DNA of 64,000 nt, taken from the NCBI GenBank assembly GCA_041641295.1, contig JBEPYO010000001.1:32001-96000 (forward strand), read 5' to 3'. Below, in pieces: positions 1 to 8,435 of the stretch (position 1 is its first letter; the number at the start of each line of letters is the position of its first letter). The position numbers and the translations under genes are program-made. The DNA comes from Nitrososphaerota archaeon. Its GTDB lineage: Archaea; Thermoproteota; Nitrososphaeria_A; Caldarchaeales; Calditenuaceae. Below the pieces are notes generated by a model. The model saw nothing but the letters and a program-made list of their open reading frames with translations. It searched no databases and had not been told where the DNA came from.

Positions 1-104
1 ACCATCAAAATTTTCAGTTCACCGTTTGTGAGCTCACTCACTTTTATTGCAGCGGCGAAACCCGCCGCCCCCGCCCCAAGAATAACAAGGTCGTAACTAC
101 TCAT
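1..104 (-). CDS. 5' part of a flavoprotein disulfide reductase, probably mercuric reductase-like; truncated by the window edge
   Basis: My translation from ATG at 104 gives MSSYDLVILGAGAAGFAAAIKVSELTNGELKILM, with a GxGxxG FAD-binding motif and GFAAAIK as in archaeal MerA-type proteins. The redox Cys pair lies outside the window. Confidence 0.55.
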   Translation of the reverse strand, partial: MSSYDLVILGAGAAGFAAAIKVSELTNGELKILM

Positions 105-348
105 ATTCCCTTTGTAAAACATAAAGTATTTAAAACCTCTGGTAAAGATGCTTAACCTTTTTGAAATACTTGTAAAAATTTGCATTGGAAGAGTAACTTT
201 GAGTTAACAACTCTTACAAGGTAGGGTTTTCCGCTAATGCTTTAACTCTTATCCTTCGGTTGGCTGTCTCTACAATCTACTTCTCAGGATATTTCCATAT
301 TATAACGGAAGCGTTATATCCCACATATAATGACATTATGGTCGTAAG

Positions 349-885
349 GTGATGAATGGCTTGACTGAGCTTAACGGCCTAAATCTGGAAAAGCTTGAGG
401 AGCTTGTGAGAATAGTTGCTTCTCAGAAGGAGAAGGCTGAGGAACTCAATGTATGGAGGGCTAGAGTTAAGTGGACTGGAGGATTCCAAAGCAAGGCATA
501 CGTGAGGAACCACACCTTCATCATAGATGAGCCTGCTGATCTAGCGGGTGTAGACATGGCCCCCAACGCTGTTGAATATGTGCTGTCGGCACTGGGTGCA
601 TGCCTGACTGTAGGGTTTGTCCTAAATGCCACAAAGAGAAACGTCAAGATAGATGACCTAGAAATTAGCCTGGAGGGAAGGATAGACAATATACTTAATT
701 TTCTGGGCTTGAGCGAGCAGGGTCATCCTGGATACCGTGAGATAAAGGCGAAACTATACGTTAGATCATCGGCCGATGCTAAAACCCTTGAAGAGATTTG
801 GAAGAAGACGGTTGAGACATCTCCTGTGGGGAACACCCTCTCAAGAAACGTGAAGATAATTCCAGAACTATCTGTGGTGAGCTGA
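349..885 (+). CDS. OsmC/Ohr family protein
   Basis: DEPADLAG..APNAVEYVLSALGACL motif and C-terminal SPVGNTL are typical of OsmC-like proteins. Confidence 0.85.
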   Translation: MMNGLTELNGLNLEKLEELVRIVASQKEKAEELNVWRARVKWTGGFQSKAYVRNHTFIIDEPADLAGVDMAPNAVEYVLSALGACLTVGFVLNATKRNVKIDDLEISLEGRIDNILNFLGLSEQGHPGYREIKAKLYVRSSADAKTLEEIWKKTVETSPVGNTLSRNVKIIPELSVVS

Positions 886-890
886 TAAAA

Positions 891-2051
891 ATGGGCCGGC
901 TGTTTACTACAAGTGTTGTTGGAAGCTGGCCTAGGCCCCCGTGGCTGCTTGCAGAGCTGAGGAGAAAGAACAAGGGCGAGATAAGCTATGATGAGTTCAG
1001 TGCCATAGCCGACGAGGCTGTTTTGTTAGCCGTAAAATACCAAGAGGATGCGGGCATAGAGGTTTTGACTGATGGGGAGCAACGTAGAGATAACTTCTAC
1101 TCCTTTGTAGCGGACAAGCTAGAGGGAATAAAGCTCATGACGGTGGCCGAGGTGATGGACTTTGTAGAAGACAGCTCAAGATATGAGCAGCTTTTAAGAG
1201 CCCTAGATGTCCCAGCCTTCGCCATCAAAAGCCCAGTAGTTGTTGGACCTGTCAAGAAGAAGAGACCAATTGCTCTAGACGAGTTGGAGTTCCTCCGTAG
1301 ACACACAAAACATGAGGTGAAGGTAACGCTCCCGGGGCCCTACATGCTCACCAGGGCGAGCTGGATAGACCCTGTCTCACGTGCAGCCTACTGGAATAGG
1401 GAGGAGCTTGCGAGGGAGTATGTTAGGCTGTTAAGGGAGGAGATAATCCAGCTAAGGGATGCCGGTGCGTCATTCATCCAGCTCGATGAGCCCACATTGA
1501 CAGAAGTTGTGTACGGCGAGGCGTCCAAGCAGACATTCATGTGCGCTGCCATCTTCTCAAAGATCGACCCGAAGGAGGAGCTGAACTTTGCAACCGAGCT
1601 GATAAACAAAACAGTTAAAGGAATTGACGGCGTCAGACTAGGGATCCACGTCTGCAGAGGAAACTGGAGCACAAGGGAGGAGGCATTGCTGAAAGGCGAC
1701 TATAGGCCGCTAATCCCATACTTCCAAGAGATGAAGGTGAGGCAATTTGTTCTCGAATTCGCAACACAAAGGGCTGGAGAACTCTCAGTCTTTAAAGACG
1801 TTTCAGGCATAGAAGAACTTGGGTTGGGAGTAATTAATCCGAGAGTACGTGAAGTTGAAAGCCCAGACTCGATAGTCAAGAAAGCCGAGGAGGCTGTCAA
1901 ATACTTCGACCCGGATAAAATCTTTCTAAACCCAGACTGTGGCTTCGGAACATTTGCAGAATCCCCTGTAAACACACCAAAAACGGCATTTCAGAAGCTG
2001 AAAAACATGGTTGAGGCTGCCTCGATACTCCGAAAAAGATACGGCGGATAA
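891..2051 (+). CDS. Cobalamin-independent methionine synthase-like (single-barrel MetE/Meth_synt_2) Zn enzyme
   Basis: VVGSWPRP, TDGEQRR, IQLDEP, Zn ligands HVCRGN, LEFA and NPDCGF; 386 aa, so no N-terminal folate barrel. Confidence 0.85.
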   Translation: MGRLFTTSVVGSWPRPPWLLAELRRKNKGEISYDEFSAIADEAVLLAVKYQEDAGIEVLTDGEQRRDNFYSFVADKLEGIKLMTVAEVMDFVEDSSRYEQLLRALDVPAFAIKSPVVVGPVKKKRPIALDELEFLRRHTKHEVKVTLPGPYMLTRASWIDPVSRAAYWNREELAREYVRLLREEIIQLRDAGASFIQLDEPTLTEVVYGEASKQTFMCAAIFSKIDPKEELNFATELINKTVKGIDGVRLGIHVCRGNWSTREEALLKGDYRPLIPYFQEMKVRQFVLEFATQRAGELSVFKDVSGIEELGLGVINPRVREVESPDSIVKKAEEAVKYFDPDKIFLNPDCGFGTFAESPVNTPKTAFQKLKNMVEAASILRKRYGG

Positions 2052-2110
2052 TCCTATTTAACTACATAGCATTTTTTCTCGTCTCATGTATAGATCCTTC
2101 ATCATTGTGG

Positions 2111-2596
2111 TCAGGTTTTAGAAGTAGGTTGTTGCGGCGCTGTCAATTTAAAGGTGAAAACGCCCTTATCTGTGATGAGTGCTATGTTGTAGACTGTTCC
2201 GGGCTCCCAAGCAATCCCGATGTACAGATTTGTTATTCCGCGGGGAGGAATCACGCATTGCGAGCCAACTATGTATGAACATCTCCATCCCCCATAGGGG
2301 GCAAATACAGCCTCGCTCCCCCTAAATAACTGGGAGCTCGATAAAGGTTCAAACCTCAGCTCGACACCGTTCACCTTGATGCTTTTAATCAAGACAGGCT
2401 CTACATGCTCGTTCGCCACTGCCAGAGATAGCTGCGAAAGACCTCTCGCAAAGTTGTATCCTTTGATATTTAGCGTCGTGGAAACAGTTGGACTGTATGG
2501 CTTCATAAAGTCCAGTATACCTATTGATACGACTACCAAGCCTAGAGCCGCGACCAGCATAAGGGCTAGTGATGTCCGTCTTTGCGCGTCACCCAC
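2111..2596 (-). CDS. Membrane-anchored exported beta-sandwich protein, last gene of the NrfCD/cupredoxin operon
   Basis: N-terminal RR plus hydrophobic helix, beta-rich body; start overlaps the upstream gene's 3' end. Confidence 0.6.
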   Translation of the reverse strand: MGDAQRRTSLALMLVAALGLVVVSIGILDFMKPYSPTVSTTLNIKGYNFARGLSQLSLAVANEHVEPVLIKSIKVNGVELRFEPLSSSQLFRGSEAVFAPYGGWRCSYIVGSQCVIPPRGITNLYIGIAWEPGTVYNIALITDKGVFTFKLTAPQQPTSKT

Positions 2597-3536
2597 GCGG
2601 CATCCCCTCCCGCCTCAGCCTGAGAATAGATCGGACAGTCCACAGCACTATCATCCAAGCCGTTACGACGACAGATGTGGCCAAGACGACCAAGACAGTA
2701 TTTGCTCCCGCCTGAACGCCGACCAGCCTAGGGTCAGGCCACAGGTTCTCACCTCGAACGGATGTTTCAGAGAGATCGATTGGAAGCCGCGGTGGTGATG
2801 CAATAGTAGAGGTAATGGTGAGAGTTGCGTTCGCTGGCTTGAACCTTCCGCTTCCTCCAAAGACGGCTAAGATTTGTCTTGGACCAATTTTTGGTGGCTT
2901 GTATTCCAAGGCGGCTATTCCATCTATGTTGGTAGGTATAGCCCCTATGCTCACATATCCTAGAGGGGTATAGTCTAGGAACTCGACTAGGATTCCTTGT
3001 ACGGGTTGACCGTCCTCCGTCATAGCCTTGGCGGTGAGGAGATATATGCCGGGCTGACTCTCGTCGGCTAAAATGGTCAGGCGTAAGGACTCGATGGATG
3101 TCTCGGTCTCCCTGACAACTAATACCCCGTTTTGAAGGTTCTCATGACCCCTACAGCGTAATATGCATCTAATGCTGAATGCTCCGGGCTGGTTAATTGT
3201 CAGCTCTACAACCTTTTTCTCCTCCTCTCCGCTGAGTTCAACCTTTACACCAAATTTTTCAATCTCGATTATGTGGGGATTACCCATTTTCATGCCATGA
3301 TCTCCGTACAAAAAGGTTATCCTAACCGTGTCTCCTTGGTTCACCTCTATCCTGAGTTCTGCTGAGCCGTTGAACCCCATACTTGAGACGATTATTGTAA
3401 ACTCCTTCACCGAGGGTTGAGTGTTCGAGCTTGACACCTCTATTTGGGCCACTGCCGTATGTGGTAGGTGTAGGGCTACGAGATACAGGCTACTCAACAG
3501 CATGATAATTGTGAGAAGAGTTGTAGACCTCCTCAT
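2589..3536 (-). CDS. Cupredoxin (CuA-like) + Ig-like domain protein with C-terminal TM anchor
   Basis: Likely start is ATG 3536 (ATGA overlap with the upstream stop). Signal peptide, IEVNQGDTVRITF, His in NPH, CILRCRGHENL, Ig-like repeat, C-terminal hydrophobic helix. Confidence 0.7.
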   Translation of the reverse strand: MRRSTTLLTIIMLLSSLYLVALHLPHTAVAQIEVSSSNTQPSVKEFTIIVSSMGFNGSAELRIEVNQGDTVRITFLYGDHGMKMGNPHIIEIEKFGVKVELSGEEEKKVVELTINQPGAFSIRCILRCRGHENLQNGVLVVRETETSIESLRLTILADESQPGIYLLTAKAMTEDGQPVQGILVEFLDYTPLGYVSIGAIPTNIDGIAALEYKPPKIGPRQILAVFGGSGRFKPANATLTITSTIASPPRLPIDLSETSVRGENLWPDPRLVGVQAGANTVLVVLATSVVVTAWMIVLWTVRSILRLRREGMPRG

Positions 3537-5476
3537 TTCAAGATCGCCTCCTCGATCTGCATGGCAAATCTCTTTAGTGCCTCCGCTCCGTAGTATCCAA
3601 GGATACTGACTTTGTAGTGGTTCTGCCACACCTCTAGCTTGGGCGGCGACGTTTTCTCATTTAGTAGGGCGACGCTGCCCCTCGGAAGTTCGAATTTAGT
3701 CACGTTCGGCAAAATCGTCTCAGGAGGGCCTAACTTGTCGCCTATCCTCTGGATAAGGACTAGAACGGATACCGGCTCATCGTAGAGGGTTAGACTGCGT
3801 GTTGAGGGGTCATGGAATGCTAGAGATATTAGGGCTGCCTGCCGGTTGTATCTTATGCTAGTGAGTCTGGCTGAGCCCAGCTTTTGAAGGGCCTCCCTCC
3901 TGACTCTGAGTCCTAAGTCATTAAAAGCACTCATATCGGATGCGATCCCCAGGACACCCAGGCTTCTTCTTAACGGCGTAGCGGCGCCTCTGCCGCTTGA
4001 CAAAGCCTTTATGAGGCTCTTAAGCTGCGCGCCCCCAACAAGGCCTGCTACCAGCCCCACCGCTGCTACAGCGACTGTCTTCATAGCACTCCTTCTAACT
4101 TCGATAGGCCTCTCAACCTGGGCTTCTGGATGTGGGACGATTAGTTTTAGAACTGGATAGGCAGAAGGCTCGGCAGCCAAGGCAGCCGGAGCCTGCTCAT
4201 GGCCCACCGTCTCCCATATAGATACGATGGGGAAGAGCTTGGTGAAAACCAAGTAGATGAGCATGAAGAGTGAAAATGCGCCCGCGGTTATCGATAGCTC
4301 GACCCATGTGGGAACATATGTCCCCCAAGGATATGGGAGCTGAGGCACTGCTAGGCTGGGGACAACGATGTTCCACCTCTCTAACCACATGCCAATGTTG
4401 ACTAGGATCGATGCAGCGAGGTAGCCCTTAATGTTGCGTGTGCCAGGGTAGGCGAGAAGGAAGGCCGGGACTATGAGGCCGCCAACTATCTGTACCCAGA
4501 AGTATGGAGCATAGGAGCCCCAAAAGAGTGATGAGAGCCACACACCCTCAAGCTCTTTAGTGCCTAGATACTTGTAGCCGACCACCAAGTGTTCATTGAT
4601 TGTCAGGTAGACGAGTATCAGAACTAGTGCGAGCATCAGTTTTGCCATTGTGTGTAGATGTTTTTCCGTGATAAACGCGTCTAGACCTAGAAGCTTTCTG
4701 ACGAGGGCCATGATGATAATCACTGTTGCTACTCCTGAGAGGACGGCCCCAGCCACGAAGTATGGTCCGAAAATTGTGCTGTTCCAGCCGACCCTCAACG
4801 TCATGGCAAAGTCCCAAGAGACAACTGTATGCACGGTTATCACCATGAATACTATTAGTATGGTGAGTATGCGCATGGCCTGCTCAAGTATTCTCCACTG
4901 TTCAGGCGTCCCCATCCAATTCAGAGACAGCAGGCTGTATAACCTTCTCCTCCATGATGATGCATCTTTCACAGAGTCTCTGAGTACTGCTATATCGGGA
5001 ATCATCGGAACATACAGGTACAGAGTGGACGTTACGAAGTATGTTCCAATCGCTATGAAGTCCCATATTAGAGGCGACTGAATTCTTCCAAACATCAGTA
5101 AGTTCAATATCCGGTCCGGCCTGCCTAAGTCTATTAAAGGCATAAGCATGGCGACAAACAGTGAGGCAAAGGTTACGGCCTCCGCCATTCTTGTTATCGG
5201 GCGCCGCCAATCAGAGCCTGTCAGCCTGAGGATTGCAGAGATGAGGGCCCCTACGTGGCTTATTCCGATGAAGAAGACGAAGTTTATGATATAGAACCCC
5301 CAAACGACCGTTCTCAAGCCCGTAACTCCTAGACCTGTGGCAAGCTGTACGGACCAGGCGTAAACCCCCCAAGCCACCACAGCTAAGAGGGTGGCGAAGG
5401 CTACGTAGAAGAGGGTTCCATGACGCTGTACTGGCCTGATGAGAGCGTCAATCTTCAGATAGGTTGATGCGGTCAT
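3533..5476 (-). CDS. NrfD/PsrC family quinol-interacting membrane subunit (ActC-like) with C-terminal extension
   Basis: WGFYIINFVFFIGISH..LISAIL, RMAEA, DLGRP, SPLIWDF, HTVVSWDFA, PYFVAGA, WLERW motifs and about 10 TM helices. Confidence 0.85.
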   Translation of the reverse strand: MTASTYLKIDALIRPVQRHGTLFYVAFATLLAVVAWGVYAWSVQLATGLGVTGLRTVVWGFYIINFVFFIGISHVGALISAILRLTGSDWRRPITRMAEAVTFASLFVAMLMPLIDLGRPDRILNLLMFGRIQSPLIWDFIAIGTYFVTSTLYLYVPMIPDIAVLRDSVKDASSWRRRLYSLLSLNWMGTPEQWRILEQAMRILTILIVFMVITVHTVVSWDFAMTLRVGWNSTIFGPYFVAGAVLSGVATVIIIMALVRKLLGLDAFITEKHLHTMAKLMLALVLILVYLTINEHLVVGYKYLGTKELEGVWLSSLFWGSYAPYFWVQIVGGLIVPAFLLAYPGTRNIKGYLAASILVNIGMWLERWNIVVPSLAVPQLPYPWGTYVPTWVELSITAGAFSLFMLIYLVFTKLFPIVSIWETVGHEQAPAALAAEPSAYPVLKLIVPHPEAQVERPIEVRRSAMKTVAVAAVGLVAGLVGGAQLKSLIKALSSGRGAATPLRRSLGVLGIASDMSAFNDLGLRVRREALQKLGSARLTSIRYNRQAALISLAFHDPSTRSLTLYDEPVSVLVLIQRIGDKLGPPETILPNVTKFELPRGSVALLNEKTSPPKLEVWQNHYKVSILGYYGAEALKRFAMQIEEAILK

Positions 5477-6273
5477 ACAGAACCGGCACCCCTAGGCGGT
5501 AGATAGATCACGCGCGGCTCTGTGCCTAACTCTTCTTTCAACCTGAAGGGCGCCCTACCTTTAACGATCTCTGACAGCCTGACAGTCTCATCGCCATTTG
5601 ACACGACGTCTTCAGAGGCGTCTCCGAAGAATAAGGCCCTGTGTCCCGCCCTCGTACATGCCTCTACACAGGCGGGCAGTCTCCCCTCTAAAATCCTGTG
5701 CCTACACCATATACACTTTTCAACAACCCCACGCCTGTGGGGAATATTGTAGTCTGGGGAGTAGGGGGTGTTTGCTTCGTCTTCACTTTGTGGGGGGTCG
5801 AACCAGTTAAAGAAGCGGCGCTGGTAGGGGCATGCAGTTATGCATATACGGCATCCGATGCATCTCTCCTGATCTATTAGGACTATATGGTCTTCTGAAT
5901 AGAATGTTGCGCCTACCGGACATACTTTGGCACACGGGGCATTCTGGCAGTTCTGACAGAGCACTGGCAAAAAATACCCATCCCTCTCAAACACCTCTAT
6001 CCAAGGCTGTCGCCCGTTGTAGTTATGCTCTCCCCAAGCAGGAGGAACCCTCATCTCTTCCTGGCAGGCCTCAACACATTTCATGCAGCCGTTACATCGA
6101 TCCGTGTCTATGACGAATACCCACTTTCTCTCCTCTGCCCTTACCCTCGAAACCTCCAGCTCTGTTGGCTGACTAGCCTCGGGAGTCGAGGCCGACGCTA
6201 CAGTACCGGCAAGCGCCGATACTACTCCAGCTAAGAGTTCACGTCTCGAGATCTTCACAGGCTCACCCTCCAA
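5473..6273 (-). CDS. Tat-exported 4Fe-4S dicluster protein (NrfC/PsrB/ActB2-like)
   Basis: SRRELL Tat motif; 16 Cys in four groups (CNGCMKCVEAC, CQNC..PC..VCP, CIGCRICITACP, KCIWC..PACVEAC); ELGTEPRVIYL terminus. Confidence 0.9.
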   Translation of the reverse strand: MEGEPVKISRRELLAGVVSALAGTVASASTPEASQPTELEVSRVRAEERKWVFVIDTDRCNGCMKCVEACQEEMRVPPAWGEHNYNGRQPWIEVFERDGYFLPVLCQNCQNAPCAKVCPVGATFYSEDHIVLIDQERCIGCRICITACPYQRRFFNWFDPPQSEDEANTPYSPDYNIPHRRGVVEKCIWCRHRILEGRLPACVEACTRAGHRALFFGDASEDVVSNGDETVRLSEIVKGRAPFRLKEELGTEPRVIYLPPRGAGSV

Positions 6274-6464
6274 AACATGGATAGGCCTAGATATTCACCA
6301 GCGTGCGTGGCCGTAGGTTCTATGCGTCTTTGCCCCAACGGAAACGCTCCCATCAAAACTGCTGAGGAAATCATAGTGAGAAGAATAGGAGTGATAATCA
6401 AACAATAATAAAAATTAGTGTGATGAAAAAAAGGTGTGGGAGACCTTGTCGAGTACACATCAAC

Positions 6465-7040
6465 CTACCCCTCTAATACGACCAAGTATCCAACCATGTA
6501 TGCGTGATCTGCATCACAATCGTCTTTTTCATGATCAAATGGTATACCACATCTAAACTGGAACACTCCAGCTTTGTCGGCAACAAAGGACACCATCACG
6601 GTACGCTTAGCTTCGTCGGGCTGCTCCTCCTTCCCAGGTATCCTGCCTGTATCGACGCCAAAGTCTGCCAGAACAAAGGAGTGCGCGTGGCTCCGCGGGT
6701 TCTTCACCGTCAGCTCCACCTTGTCACCCTTCCGCACAACTAGAACAGGCGGCTCCCATCTATGGAACTCGCCCGTAAGCTCCTCTTCCTCATTCACCTC
6801 TTGTACTATCTTACCCTCACCCAGTACGATTGTAAACTTTTGAGTCTTCGGGCCTACCTTTGCCGTTAATTCGTCAAGAGTTACAGCCTGCTCGTTCAGC
6901 TGTCCAGACAGCCTATTGAGCTGGCCTGATATTGCATCGAGCTGAGCCGTTGTAGACGACGTTTGTCCGACGACTAGTGCTACCGCTGCGACGGCGATGA
7001 CCAAGCTGACAAGACTGAGAACCAAGTACGCTCTGCTCAT
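6465..7040 (-). CDS. Membrane-anchored cupredoxin-domain protein with coiled-coil stalk
   Basis: Likely start is ATG 7040 (MSRAYLV) after GAGGGA. TM helix, heptad stalk, VVRKGDKVELTVKN, HSF, FRC..C...H..M copper-ligand loop. Confidence 0.75.
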   Translation of the reverse strand: MSRAYLVLSLVSLVIAVAAVALVVGQTSSTTAQLDAISGQLNRLSGQLNEQAVTLDELTAKVGPKTQKFTIVLGEGKIVQEVNEEEELTGEFHRWEPPVLVVRKGDKVELTVKNPRSHAHSFVLADFGVDTGRIPGKEEQPDEAKRTVMVSFVADKAGVFQFRCGIPFDHEKDDCDADHAYMVGYLVVLEG

Positions 7041-7075
7041 GACCACATTCCCTCGCACATCTTGAACCGCTAACA

Positions 7076-7226
7076 CGGAAAAATGCGTTTCTAGGGAATA
7101 CACTATGCAGGACCAAACGCAAACCCTATTCCCTACCAGAAATGCAACGGAAATTTTCTATTGTCGTAGGGAAAGAAAAATTTCCGCTGGTTTTTCTCTC
7201 AAACCATCCTCTATCCTCGGAAAAAC
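7076..7226. promoter_or_regulatory. Divergent promoter region with two inverted repeats
   Basis: TAGGGAATA (7092-7100) / TATTCCCTA (7127-7135); CGGAAATTTTCT (7148-7159) / AGAAAAATTTCCG (7174-7186). Confidence 0.45.
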
Positions 7227-7306
7227 TTAAGTAAAAGGTAAAGATATTTCACCGGCGCCGGACATCGAATATATAAGAGCCTGCATAACATTTACAGTGA
7301 CCTTCT

Positions 7307-8113
7307 CTGAGCTCGAGGAAGCCTCAAGAAGATAAGGGGCAAACTGAGGATGATTTTTACCGCGTCCTCTGCCACCCGCTTAGGCGAAAGATCATTGTTC
7401 TGCTCCACGAAAGAATAGAGCTGTCATATTCTGAGATGTTAAGAGAGCTTGCGGTGGAGGAGGGTCTCTTCAACTTTCATCTAAGATCTATGCGTAAACT
7501 CATAGACATAACAGAGGATGGAAAATATGTCCTATCAAACATGGGAAGGCTTGCATACGACGTCATCACCAAGGTGCAGTCCAGCTTAGCCACCGTGGAC
7601 ACGCTCTTTCCGAAGCCAGCCCTCACCCACAACATATTGGCGAGAAGAGTCGCAGCCTTCCTTATCGACGGTCTAATCTTCTTCGTATTCAGCGGAGTAT
7701 GGTTAGACCCATTCCTCTGGAACGCTCTTATGCAATCGATAATGCACATCACCGAGCTGAGAGTTCTCCACCCCTGGCTATTCCACCCAGAGCATATCCC
7801 TGAGATCGGGGGATTGATCTTTCGAGTAGTTGCAGCCTACTCACATATCTTCTTCGCCATATTCATCACGCTCACACTACTGGATGCATACAAGGGTCAA
7901 ACCCCGGGACGCTATCTTCTCGGGATAAGAGTGGTAACAATAGCTAATCGAAGGCTGGATCTAATAGAAGCAGGGATAAGAAACATTGGGAAGGTCTTTC
8001 TACTCCCGCTGGACCTAATCATAGGCCTTCTCTTCTTTTACAAGCGCGGCTACATAAGATTCTTCGACTACTACACAAAAAGCAAAGTGGAGATGGTGAA
8101 AGGAGGTCTCTAG
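7307..8113 (+). CDS. ArsR-like winged HTH fused to RDD-family membrane domain
   Basis: The frame stays open upstream of the track start 7436 and encodes FYRVLCHPLRRKIIVLL..LSYSEM (HTH). In-frame TGA at 7298 leaves CTG 7307 as the likely start. RRVAAFLID, GQTPGRYLLGIRVV and RN are RDD motifs. Confidence 0.7.
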   Translation: MSSRKPQEDKGQTEDDFYRVLCHPLRRKIIVLLHERIELSYSEMLRELAVEEGLFNFHLRSMRKLIDITEDGKYVLSNMGRLAYDVITKVQSSLATVDTLFPKPALTHNILARRVAAFLIDGLIFFVFSGVWLDPFLWNALMQSIMHITELRVLHPWLFHPEHIPEIGGLIFRVVAAYSHIFFAIFITLTLLDAYKGQTPGRYLLGIRVVTIANRRLDLIEAGIRNIGKVFLLPLDLIIGLLFFYKRGYIRFFDYYTKSKVEMVKGGL

Positions 8114-8435
8114 CAAGCATTAAAGGGTCTTAACAGGATGTAACAAAGAATGTTTTAAGGGGCCCGGTCATATCATCGCCTCCACACCAGCCTTGGCCAA
8201 GAGACATGTCTAGGCTGAAAGGCTTGGCAGAAGCGAAAAATGCGCCTCACCCCAGCTGCTGGGTATGATACACATCTATGCAGGATGGTTAGGATCTTCT
8301 CTTGACCCTTTTATTGGTTCCGGATACCTTTATAATTTATGGGTAAGGTAAGCAGATAACCATATCACAACATCAAAGAATTACACATACCGTGGAGACA
8401 TTGGTTTTAAATCATAGTTTTTATAGCACTGATGA

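Noticed and set aside
8114-8435. Short hairpins (CAGCCT..AGGCTG) suggesting a MITE or gene remnant
   Set aside because: No terminal inverted repeats, target duplication or second copy in the window
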